From Phaeosaccion multiseriatum (Eukaryota; Protista; Ochrophyta, other classes), in NCBI GenBank assembly GCA_965112735.1, contig OZ218953.1:434001-498000 (forward strand): a DNA stretch of 64,000 bases. Direction: 5' to 3'. Below, piece after piece: positions 53,154 to 64,000 of this stretch. The notes under the pieces are model-generated. The model ran no database searches. It saw only the letters and a list, made by a program, of their open reading frames with translations, and was not told the origin of the DNA. The translations under genes and the position numbers were made by a program. The first letter of the stretch is position 1; each line of letters begins with the position of its first letter.

Positions 53154-53481
53154 TCGCCCCCGTGCACGCCTAGCGGCCTAGGCCTATTTTTGGAAAATTG
53201 CCCGGCCTAGCGAGGGCCGTAGGCCCTCGGCCTATCTATAGGCCGCCTAGGCGGCGGCCTAGGCGGGGGCCGGATAAGTGAGGTTGTCTCTTTCCGCCTC
53301 GCTGGCCCTACGAGGAGTGCAGGCCTACAGGTGTGCTGCCACCCACTGGGCTGGGCGGCACCACGCACGCGCCCACGGTCACTGGGAGGCTGCCTAGAGG
53401 CGGGCTATAGACCGCCTAGGGCTGAAAAGTGAGCGGCCTAGAGCGGCCGGAGGCCGCCGGCCTAGGCGTGCACGGGGGCGA
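53154..53481. mobile_element. MITE, 20-bp TIR, 6-bp TSD
   Basis: TCGCCCCCGTGCACGCCTAG ... CTAGGCGTGCACGGGGGCGA. TSD CAATTC at 53148-53153 and 53482-53487. CCTAGG-rich interior. Confidence 0.92.
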
Positions 53482-54885
53482 CAATTCCCCGTGACTGAGT
53501 TACCCATATACTTTTTTTTTTTTTTTTTTTTTTTGGCTTGTTTTTTTTTGTTCTGTTCTCTCCCTCGGCTCTTAATCCCTTCTTCTCCTGTGAGCTTCTA
53601 TCGGCAGTGTGCTATACTCACAACCTCTCGAAGGGGTGTAAAGGCTACTGAAGCCTGTATTGTCTTTGTAGCCTGCTTTCCCGTGCCCCCCGGGGTTCGA
53701 TTTTTTCCACTTTTCGGGCCCCCTGGGGCTCGATTTTTTCCACTTTTTTTTTTGGGGTTCCCCCCCGGGGGGAGCTGTATCATTGTTTCCTTTTCTTTCT
53801 TTCTTTCTCCCTTTCCTCCCCCCATTATAGTCCCGCGGGCGCGTATTGTAGCACTGTGGAGATGTGTGTGTGTAGGTTTTGGAAGATCTTTCTCTCTAGA
53901 GTCAGCGGGGCGCCAGCGGCATATTGATACTGGCGATTGATCACGAAGCATGGCTACAATACCAGAACGACGGTTGGAGCAAGGGTACGCAGCTGTGGCC
54001 GTCGTGGTAGACACAGCAGGCGCACCTAGTCTACCGCAGTGCCCCAGCTGAATCTCATCTCCCGACAGGCAGGGATGGCGGTTGGACCACAGGAGCACCA
54101 ACGACGGCTCCTGCTGGTGCTCCTGCTGGCTCGTGTACTCGTCCGCTTGCTGCCGCGGCCAGCCTTGACTGCTGCTGCCGTTGTCAGGGAGGGGGGAAGG
54201 GTTCTGAAGCTACATAATCTAATGCCCCCCCATGGCTCGTCCCTTGTTGAGCTCAAGTAGCTGTGGGTAACGTCCTTCGCTGCATCAGACCCGCCCGGAG
54301 CTCGACGTCAATGGAACAGACCAAGCTTTCTACCTCCGCCTGAATTCAGTCCCGTGTACTCCTCTGCTCACCATGTACATACGGGCAAGGCCAAGATTGG
54401 CACAGGGGAGAGGGGCAGGGCAACGAGAGGTATGGGACAGCGTGGGGGCGAGGGAATGAGTGAGAAGGTGGGCGACAAAGGGGAGTACAAGACAAATGGT
54501 GAGCGAGGGAGGGAGTGAGTGAGGGAGTAGCGAAGTGATGGGTGGGTGAGAGAGTTGTATTTTGAGGTAGAGAGGAAGTGAGTGAATGTGGGCGATTCGT
54601 TTGGGGAGAGACGGCGTGCGTGCGCGCGCGATTGATGGAGTGGGTGAATGAAGGAGAGGTGAGAACGGGAGGGAGCTCCCGTTCTCAATCCCTCGCTTGC
54701 ATACTCACTCACTCACGACCGTATTCACTCACTCGCTCCGTCACTCTCACCCACTCGCTACTTCACCCACACACACTCCCTCACTCCATCCCTCTCTCCC
54801 TATGCATCAATCTCCCTCGACCTGTCTCTCCCTCCCTCCCCCCTCGCCCCTTCCACCTCTCGCTGTCATCCCCTGTCCCAGTCAA

Positions 54886-57800
54886 GCGCTATGGCAGGAG
54901 CTCCGCTTCAAGAGGCTGTGGGGGGCATGTCCTGCGCGGCGTTGCGCCAGTGCGGTTATCGTACACCGAGGAGACCCAGATATTCCCCGCCCCTTAACGA
55001 CAAGCGCGAGCTGCACCTGCCCTTCGCTCAAGTTGTTCTTCTCACCAGCCATGGACAAGGTAAGAGGGTAAGAGCCAGTAAGAGGCACCCGTGGTGTCTG
55101 GCTGGGTGTGACCGTCCACTCCGTGAATGAGCGAGGTGGCGTGGTGATTGATGAAGAGCGCGTGCGAGTCGGCACGGTCAGGCACAGGGGGGCCGAGATG
55201 AGGAGCTAACTGAGTAGGGTGGGTGGGTTGGTATGTGTGGTTGTGGCGAGAAGGTGCATTGCAAGGCAGGAGGTGGAGACGAACGGTTGAGGCTGCTTTG
55301 CTCTCGTTGTGGTGGGGCTACGGCGGGCGCGGGGGGGGGGGCTTAGAACACCGCAAGCGGCACCAGACAGGCCACGCTTGTGGCGAGGCCATACGATACG
55401 GATGGTGACAGCAATATAAGCCTATAATACAAGCCTTGTCCAAGCCGCCTTGTATAAGTGTTATCCCAGCCATCGTGTAGAAGGCCTAAAGGTCTTGGGA
55501 TAAGTCCTCATATACAGGACTTCACTTTCCTGATGCCCACAGTTTGATCAAATGGCATAAATCTATGGCCCGCCTTTGGCTCTGGCGGATTGGTAGGGAG
55601 ACAACGTTTTACCAGTAGTGCCATGTGCGGTTTTTGGGGAGAGGCCATCGTCGTGCCTGACTGACAGTCTCATTGCCCTATCTACTGACTACCTCACTGA
55701 CTGACTTGCAGGTGATTGCGAGTTCACAGACATGGACCTGGGCGGTCTTGGAGCGGGCCCCGTGCGGACACGGCCCATGACCCCAAGCAATGTTCTCTCT
55801 GAGCTCGCAGCTGCTCAGCCTCTCTCAGGTCAGTCAGTCAGGTAGTCCGTCGGTCAGTCGGTCAGTGGGGCAGTGAGTAAGTGACTCAGTCAGTCGGTCA
55901 GTCAGTCGGTCAGTCAGTCAGTCAGTCAGTCTGTCAGGCAGTCTGCCAGGCACCCCCGCCAGGCAGTCGGTCAGGCAGTCGGTCCGTGACTGAGTCAGAC
56001 GCCCAATCGATGAGTCTCTGTCTCCTCCGTCTGCTACCATCCTCTCTATACTAGTCCGACCAAGGTTTGGAGCGCGAGTGGACGACGAGTCAGACGGTGG
56101 GCGGAGGAGGAGGGGCAGGGTGGGGGGGCTCCCCAGTAGCATGGGTCCAGAACGGCAGCGCGCAGGTGGGGCCGCAGGACTTTAGCTGGAGACAAACCCA
56201 GCAAGGGGGGAGGGGGAGGAGGAGGCTGTGGGCAGTACCAACCCGGCGTACCTTTCCCAGAGCCAGGACACCTCCTTGCTCTTGCGTATCATTGGCGGAG
56301 ACAGCGGTGCCGGCGGTGGTGGAGGCGTGACGGGGCGGCGCTACACAGCAGTCGCATGGAGGGGGGTGGTACGGGCGAAGGCGCCACGGCAAAGGACGGA
56401 AGACCGCCGAAGGGCGCCATGTTCAGGTGCGTTAGGGTTCGTGAGATTTTACATATGTAGAGGTGGATTGGGTGGACCTGTGACCTGTTTCGATGGTTCA
56501 AACACTTGTTTGGATGGAGGCTGGGGGGAGGGGAGGTTGTCACACGCACCGGTCGTAGAATAGTGCAGAGTAGGCTGTTCTAGTACAAGCGGTTTGCGTA
56601 AAGTGGCACTCAAGTGAATTTTTGCCCCTCCTCCCTCCCCCTCCTGTTGTCCGCACGCAGGCGGTATCGGCAGGGGGAGCTGCCGGACATTGAGATTCCT
56701 CTCAGGGACGTACTAAAGCCCCTGCAGCACCTCGCCATGCTCCATGGAGGAGTGGCAAAGGAGCTCTTCGTGCAGCTCTTCAGCCATCTACTGTATACGT
56801 CTGGGGAAGGAGGAGGAAGCGCGCTTCCAGGTGTGGGGACGGGGCGTGAGCAGCACCAGCAGGATGAGCAGTTGGTGGTACAGCAGCAGCAGTTGGTGAT
56901 ACACCAGCATGAGAGACAAGAGCGTCAAAGGAGCACACAAAGCTCGTGGGGTGCCTGCTCGCGGCGTGCCGGGCGGTGGCGACGCTTTCTGTGTCACCAA
57001 CTGCTGTTGCTACGACTGCTGCTGCTCCTGCGGCCCCCATGCCGTTGCGTTTACCTCCTTCGCTCATTGCCAACTCGGCTATTCGGAGTCTGAATTGCCA
57101 CTCCGGCCCCAGCATCGTGGCCAAGCAGGCCAAGCAGCAGAGGAGCATGACCACAGCAAGGGGGAGAGGGAGTAAGGGGGCAGCGCACATCACGTCCAAG
57201 AGGGGTGGTGGAGGTGGAGGTGGAGGTGGTGCGGTTGGTGATACAGAGGCCGGCGAGGAGAAGCAAGACGAGAAGGAGGAGCTGGTGTCGTGGCTGGAGC
57301 TGAGCAGACTGTACGCTGAACTGGGGGAGAAGGATGTCTTGTTCGGGTTGTCTGCAAGGGCGAGCACTGTAGAGGAGACGCGCAGGGCACTGGACTGCGA
57401 GCTGCGGGGGGGACTTGAAGGGCGCCATGAAGACGTATAACCAATTGGTGGGGGATACGGCTCGCCGCCTCGAGGAACAAGAGCAGCAGGAGGAGGAGGA
57501 GCAGGAGGGAGGGGAGAGGTGGTGGCGACCCAGACGGAGCTGGGTATGAGGGATCTGCGAACGCTGGAGGTAGGTGGGTCATTGGGTGTGGGTGGATGGG
57601 TGGGTGGGTGGGTTGGTGGATGGACGGGTCGGTGAGTGGATGGGTGGGTTGGTGGGTGGGTAGTCAAGTCAATCATTCAGTCAGGTGTGCTGTCAGTCAC
57701 CGCACCGCTACACCTGTGTACCCAACCTCTGTACCAATCTATATGCACCGCTTCCCGCGATGAAAGAGGTACGTTCCCTGCCCATACACCTCGAACCCCC

Positions 57801-58251
57801 TTCACATACACCCACTCTGTATACACAATTTGACCCACTTGCAGGAGGCGGTGGAGGCAATGTGCAAGGACGTGCCCATGTGGGACCTTTCTCGCCGCGA
57901 CTCGCACCTTCCCTGCTTCGTCTGGGCACAGCTATACAGCGAGGGGCACCACAGACAATGTCGCCGGAGCGGTAGCAGAGCGGGCGAATTTTCCCATCGG
58001 GGCGAAGGAGGACGCCTCGCCCATCAGCCTTGACCCAAATTGGAGACAGCCTTGACCCTCAACCCTCTCCCCTTTCGACTCTTCCCTTTCCCCTCTCCCA
58101 TCCCCACTCGCCCCTCTCGCCTCGCCTCCCTTCCCTCTCCGCGGTGGCGCTGGCTGTCCGACAACATGCCTCTGGAGCTCTCTCTCGCCGCGGTGCAGAG
58201 GGGCGACATGGCAAGAGCAGCCAGAGGTGCACATCGCAAACACGCTCTTGA
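54886..58251 (+). pseudogene. PRKDC: DNA-dependent protein kinase catalytic subunit (DNA-PKcs) internal fragment, frameshifted
   Basis: Spliced pieces DCEFTDM..PMTP.MF, RYRQGELPDIEIPLRDVLKPLQHLA..AKELFVQLF, WLELSRLYAELGEKDVLFG, MWD..HLPCFVWAQL, LELSLAAVQRGDMARA are collinear with remembered DNA-PKcs segments (YRHGDLPDIQI; WVELAKLYRSIGEYDVLRG; ELSLLYLLQDDVDRA). Several frameshifts; no kinase domain. Confidence 0.8.
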
Positions 58252-58379
58252 GGTTCGCGGTGAGTGAATGAGTGAGGGAGGGGAGGGATGGAGGGAGGGA
58301 GGTTTGGGGCTCTAAGGAGCAGCACCAACTGTGACGTGAATTGACCCAGTGAGTGAAGCCCACTGTTGAAAGTCAGTAT

Positions 58380-58760
58380 TATATCAATGGCCCAGGCCCA
58401 GGCAGATACGGTGAGAAACGGTGCGTGGCCCGTTTCTCAGCGGCAGCAGCCAATAGCGAGACCCGCAAGGAGCGGCACTATGCCAACACCCGACCGAGAG
58501 CGTGTTCGCCTCACCACCTTCGCCATCGAGACCCACGGACGACTCGGTGCACAGGCGCAATCGCTCGCTCCTACACGCACTCGCCGAGCACGTCGTTTCC
58601 CGCACGGGCCGCACCGGCTCCTCCACCACCAAGGGCCACGTCTTGACCAGGCTTATGTGGCTCTCGCTGAGGAGACGGCGCCTTCCTGGCCCGGCTCAAC
58701 CCCAGCGCCGGACCAGCACTACTCCCTCGAGGGGGAGTAGCCGGCCAGTCGCGGGCCCCA

Positions 58761-58793
<33 letters not shown>

Positions 58794-58811
58794 GACACAC
58801 ACACAAACACC
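58380..58811 (+). mobile_element. 5'-truncated RLE non-LTR retrotransposon (CRE-like) with (CA)n tail
   Basis: AAANSETRKERHY ... TTFAIETHGRLGAQAQSL (across frameshifts) matches the C-terminal part of the restriction-like endonuclease of CRE-type elements. Confidence 0.7.
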
Positions 58812-58881
58812 CAATTCCCTTACGTGACGTACTTACGTAAGGTACTAAAAGTAATATATTCCCCAGCTCGCTCATGGGATC

Positions 58882-61800
58882 ATGGCCTCTGCTGCCGCTG
58901 CTGTTCCGGCTACAGCGTCGCCCCCATTGCAATGGCCGGACAAGATGATGGCTGCGGGAGTGGGTTCTTTCTTGGAGTTCAAAAGAGCCTCGGCTTGCCG
59001 CATGAGGGCCCCCCACACGCGATCTCTCATTGCTGGAGGATGTTTCGACGTGAAGGAACTTACCTACGATGTCCAGAAGCTATTCAAAGGTGTGAGTGGC
59101 ACAGCTGGTACCAGCAAGGAAGGACTGAAGGCTTTCTTGGCCGAGCTGAGGGGAGAGACACCAAGGTGAGCCACAGCAACATGTGAAGCATGGGAACGAC
59201 CTTTGGAGCAGACCCTTCCGAATTTCATTTGTCTCATCCTTGCTTGTTCTTCGTCTTGTCATGGCAGGCTTAACGTGAAGGGGCCATCTGATGAACCCAT
59301 CCTTGAGAGCATTGGGAAGGATCCCCCTATCGATGACGTGGAATGACTTCCAGCGGGCGACGAATGGCGACCACAAGACATTCAGGAGACTGAAAGAAAG
59401 GGAGACTGAGATGCAGATGTCTGCTGATGATTGAGAGAGAGAGACCTCTGACATCGAGCCTGGTGGTAGTGGAGATGACGGCCACCCTGAGGAGAGGGAG
59501 AGCCACGACATTTGATGGGGGGCAGCAGAAGGGACCAGCCACTCTCACGTGCAACACAGGGAGCCGTCGAGGTAGGAGCGAGTGCCACCACCACAACCAC
59601 GAGCACCAGCCGCTTCAGCAGCATTAGCGGCCGCAGCAGAAGCAGCAGCATTAGTAGCATCAGCATCAGCATCAGCAGCAGCAGCAGCAGCAGGCAGCAG
59701 CTGCAGCAGCGACGAGGACGAGGATGAGGAGGATGCTGCTGCGAAGGCACGAACAGCAGCAGCAGCAGCTGAAGCAGCAGCAGCATGGAGGAATCTCCTG
59801 ACGGGTGGCACCAAACCCCGAAAGGCAAACGCTTCGACACTTGTGCCACAGCCGCCTGCGCTCGCGACTGCAGCAACGGCCATTGACCTTCGGAGTGTGA
59901 AGGATGCAAAGGGGAGGCCGCTGTCGAAGCGAGCACGGCAAGCTTTGGCGCAGAGGCTCACCAGCCTGCCATGCCCTCCATCAGCAGTGGCTGTATCAGC
60001 GGGACAGCAACCACATTGTAGACGGCGATGCGATATCGAGGGGTCGACAGAGAAGGAACACATGGACAAGGCTGTATCTGCTGTGAAGAATGATAAAGGC
60101 GGCGCAGCAGTATGCAATCACCAAGATTGCTCTGGAGTATAGGTGCAAGGGACGGGTTGCTTCTGCGGCTGTTGGTGGGAAGGCCCATCAAGCCTTGCCT
60201 GCCTCAACCGAAGAGGCACTGGTGAGCTTCCGCGGCTTTGGGGTTGACTGGAACTATGTAGGCACCCTGGCCAGGGGTATGGCCCATGCATTGGGACTTG
60301 CTTCATTCGTGGCATCAGGAGGCTGGCTGCAGGGCTTGCTTCAAGCGCCGCCACCCAATTTTAGTGACGCGGCGAGCCCAGCCCCTTGCGCTCACGACGA
60401 GACAGGGAAGGAGTATCTAGGCGAGTTCCTACCTAGGTGAGTCTACATTCGTGGAGGGCAGGATAGCGCCCCGCCCCCCCGCGGGCCTCCAAAGGGACTG
60501 GAGAGGGGGGTGGGGGTAGGGACAGGACAGAGGAGAGGCGCGTGCGACAGGGAGAGGGCATAGGGAGAGGGGGAGAGTGAGGGGGCGAGGGCGAGGAAGA
60601 GGGGGGAGGAGGGGGAGAGAGTGTGAGGGAGAGAGGTCGGAGGGAGACGGAAGGGGCGAGGGAGAGGAAGATGGAGAGGGAAGAGGGCAGAGAGAGAGAG
60701 AGAAAGGCCTGTACTCTCCCCCACCAAATGACTTCATCCATGCTTTTCCAACCACGATAATAAGTGTTCTCTGCCTCGCTTGCCTATCTCCCCTTCCTTC
60801 CCCTCCCCTTCTCAGTATGTTGGCAAAGCTGGCTGTGGCATCTGGGTGTGAGGTGGAGGACCTCCAACCGGTGCAGTTCTGGAACAGCGATGAGGCAGGC
60901 ATGAATACACAAAACGGTGTCGTGAACGTTGTTGCCCAAAAGGGGCCCGACCATGTGTCAATGACAGCTCAGGAGCGATCAAGTCACGTCACTATTGTCG
61001 GTGCTGTCGATGCCGCTGGATGTATGAGCCCGTTCTTCGTCATTGCTGGAGCACGGAGGCAGGCACACACTGCCAATGCGGACGCATCACCTGGCTCTGA
61101 CTTGGAACAGTCCTTGCCCGCCACAGCAGAGATCCATTACACGGAGAACGGATACGTCACCGACAAGCTCGTTGTTCATCAAGCAGAAGCGAGCCCGCCT
61201 GCAAGAGCTGGCGGGGCGCGATGTGCCGATTTTGCTCCTGATGGATGGCGATGCTTCGCACACGATGACCCGGGATGCTCTTCACGCTATGCGCGAAGCC
61301 GGCATCATCTGCGCATGCATGCCCGCGCACACATCGGGGGAGTTCCAACCTCTGGACGTCAAAGTCTTTCGCCCTTTCAAGTCCGCTCTGAGGAGCGGTC
61401 TCTCGGGCTGGCAGCGACTCTTCAACAGAGAGAACATGAGCCGGCAGGAGCTTCTTGTTCTGGCCTCCGAGGCTCTCGCAGTTGCAGGAGATGACAAAGG
61501 CTTTCGACGCGATCATGCTTCAGCGAGTGGGCTCTTCGTCCTTTGCAGCCTTGCAGCCGACATGGTCAAACACCCCCCGATGTGGCAGCTGTGCAGCACC
61601 TCCTTCTCCTTCCTCATGAGCGTTTACAGTCTGTGGACAGACCATCGCAGCTAAGGCGCAAAAGCGCCGTTGCGAGCCGCAAGCAGGGCTCCGCTGCAGC
61701 ACGTCGCTTAAACGCCATCGGGGAGTCAACGTCGACGTGTAAGGACCTTAACACGGAAGAGAGGCCCCTTCTACTGAGAGACAAGATGGCAGAGAGGGAG

Positions 61801-62602
61801 GAGGCAGCGCAGGAAGAGGCAGCGGCGGAGAAAAAGAAGAAGGACGAAGACGGTGTGACGGAGGCTGTCCTGAGAACTCTCTCGGGTTCATCTGGAAGGG
61901 GAAGAACAAAAGACTCTCTTGAAGGGGAGTCTTTGGGCTTTCATCAACGCCCAAGCCAGCACGTCTGAAGTGCGCAAGAAGGCCCCCGACAAGTCGACCA
62001 AGAAGCAAGAGCTTCTCGCCTACGTCAAGTCGTATGTCGAGACAGATGCGCGAGCAGAAAGATGGATAGGGGCGCCAGAGCCCGCTGAGACGGCAGAAAA
62101 GGGACATGATCCAGTAGCGTCTGCAGATGAAGAGCATGACGCAAAAGAGGACGAAGGGGAAGGAGAGGGCGATGTCAGCCCAACGGCAGCGGATGAAGAG
62201 GGGGAAGAGGAGGCCGCAGCGACATCGCCATCCCCCAGGGGGGGAAGGGGGGGGGTGAGCGCTGGTGAGCGAGAGGCTCTGCTCGCAGGCGCCGCAGACG
62301 TGGAGAGGACGGAGGGAGATGTGACGGGGGTGGGGAGTGCACGATGGGTCGAGAGCGTCATGAGCAAAGACGGAGGCGAAGACAGTCGGTCGGCGCTGGA
62401 GGCGATGCAGGAGGAGGAGGGAACAGGCGTACCGTTGGACGAAGGAGAGGCCAAACAATCAGACGAAGGAGATAGAGGGCAAGAGGAGGACGACGACGTG
62501 GCACTAGTCTCGGGTGCCAAGTCTCGAGCGGGCAGAGCGCTGAAGCGCCCCAGGCGGGAGGCGACAACACGAGAGGAGACGAGTGAACGCCCACGGAATT
62601 AA
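58882..62602 (+). pseudogene. Pogo/Fot1-like (CENP-B HTH + DDE_1) transposase, intron-containing, frameshifted
   Basis: MDKAVSAVKN (HTH_psq-like), EEALV..GFGV..ASGGWLQG (HTH_Tnp_Tc5-like), WNSDEAG, HVTIVGAVDAAG, LLMDGDASH, PAHTSGEFQPLDVKVFRPFK. Intron ~60437-60815. Confidence 0.85.
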
Positions 62603-63281
62603 GCAGAGAAAGTGGCGCAAAGACAGATGTCGAAATGGAGGATCTTGGAAGGGGGGAAGCGGACTAAACCCTGACGTGGGCCCGACGTCGGCTGGTAGCA
62701 GATAGCATACTAGCAGGTAGTATAGTCTCGGTTCGGTACAGTCCCGGGGACGTACACACCGCTGTGTGTTCTTTTGAAAGTCAATGTATTATGTATTATC
62801 CAAACCCAACCAGACCCCGCGCCCGCTGTTCTCGGCAACACGCCCCTCTGCCGCCCGGCTCACACACATGCACACGGACGTCCACACGCGTTCTCGGCCA
62901 AAGCACGAGCCGTCTAATGTACGTGTCTCGATGACGTCCGATGCCTTTCTTTGCTTCAAGTTCCTAAACTCTTTCTTGAGCTCCGCCTCACCGAGTTAAG
63001 ACCTTTGGAAGAGAGAGGGAGTGAGGGGGGCAGGACAGGGCCAGCGTCAGAGACGGCCCAGCGCCTGCGGAACGGCGAGCGCTGGGTTCTAAAACAGAGA
63101 ATATCCCCACTCACCTGGCTACCCGGCCGCCGTGATTGGCTGGAGATGCTTGTCGTCAAGGCCTCGAGTCCCACCGACTACTAGCGGGGGACCATCAAAA
63201 CATCCACCCTAGCCCCCCCCCGCCCCCGTATGACCACCAACTCCACCCCCTTAGGGAGGAAGAACCTCTTCACCTCCACTT

Positions 63282-64000
63282 CCTCCTCCTCCTCGTCGTC
63301 GTCGTCCTCATCCTTCTCCTCCTCCTCCTCCTCCTCCTCCTCCTCCTCCTCCTCCTCCTCCTCCTCCTCCTCCTCCTCCTCCTCCTCCTCCTCCTCCTCC
63401 TCCTCCTCCTCCTCCTCCTCCTCCTCCTCCTCCTCCTCCTCCTCCTCCTCCTCCTCCTCCTCCTCCTCCTCCTCCTCCTCCTCCTCCTCCTCCTCCTCCT
63501 CCTCCTCCTCCTCCTCCTCCTCCTCCTCCTCCTCCTCCTCCTCCTCCTCCTCCTCCTCCTCCTCCTCCTCCTCCTCCTCCTCCTCCTCCTCCTCCTCCTC
63601 CTCCTCCTCCTCCTCCTCCTCCTCCTCCTCCTCCTCCTCCTCCTCCTCCTCCTCCTCCTCCTCCTCCTCCTCCTCCTCCTCCTCCTCCTCCTCCTCCTCC
63701 TCCTCCTCCTCCTCCTCCTCCTCCTCCTCCTCCTCCTCCTCCTCCTCCTCCTCCTCCTCCTCCTCCTCCTCCTCCTCCTCCTCCTCCTCCTCCTCCTCCT
63801 CCTCCTCCTCCTCCTCCTCCTCCTCCTCCTCCTTCCTCCTCCTCCTTCCCCTCCTCCTCCTCCTCCTTCCTCCTCCTCCTCCTCCTCCTCCTCCTCCTCC
63901 TCCTCCTCCTCCTCCTCCTCCTCCTCCTCCTCCTCCTCCTCCTCCTCCTCCTCCTCCTCTTCCTCCTCCTCCTCCTCCTCCTCCTCCTCCTCCTCCTCCT
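63282..64000. repeat. (CCT)n trinucleotide tract >700 bp, running off the window
   Basis: Nearly pure CCT repeat. Confidence 0.97.

Larger units (their letters stand above)
53482..58819 (+). repeat. 5.3-kb tandem duplication unit (intact copy; the TE-riddled copy spans 38943-53153)
   Basis: 53482-54662 matches 38943-40436; 57777-58817 matches 48051-48403 + 52456-53153; CAATTCCC at the unit boundaries. Confidence 0.9.

Noticed and set aside
38943-58819. Prokaryote-style integrative element with attL/attR in tRNA-Asp
   Set aside because: No recombinase in the unit, and the right boundary does not continue as a tRNA 3' end. Microhomology duplication is simpler.
58820-62760. TIR pair for the pogo-like element
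   Set aside because: Candidate TACGT ends at ~58821 and ~62750 match for only 5 bp
62860-63180. Minus-strand coding fragment (GEAELKKEFRNLKQRKASDVIET)
   Set aside because: Preceded by a stop, too short and not recognisable

Overview
Eukaryotic, intron-rich nuclear DNA with microsatellite-filled introns. Gene content and style suggest a stramenopile alga (inference, not certain). Positions 1-37.3 kb are gene-dense: the 3' end of a ZIP metal transporter, a complete protein phosphatase 1 catalytic subunit, an IQ/WW-repeat protein, a 15-kb myosin gene (motor, no recognisable IQ neck, helical repeats, PH, ankyrin repeats), a PITH-domain protein, an ARM/HEAT-like protein and a possible GT61 remnant. 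Positions 37.7-64 kb are a nested repeat zone beside an intron-containing tRNA-Asp(GTC). It holds a 5.3-kb unit with a decayed DNA-PKcs fragment and a CRE-like retrotransposon tail, tandemly duplicated through an 8-bp microhomology in the tRNA T-loop. The left copy was invaded by three LTR families: family X (a solo LTR plus a recombinant element), a Gypsy chromovirus, and a non-autonomous Copia derivative. Two CCTAGG-rich MITEs with TCG...CGA ends and 6-bp TSDs also lie in the zone. A decayed pogo/DDE_1 transposase and a >700-bp (CCT)n tract end the window. Most striking: (i) two unrelated LTR elements both have a perfect 12-nt palindrome exactly where the tRNA primer-binding site should be; (ii) host introns carry polarised, mutually complementary end motifs; (iii) the TCG/6-bp-TSD MITE group.
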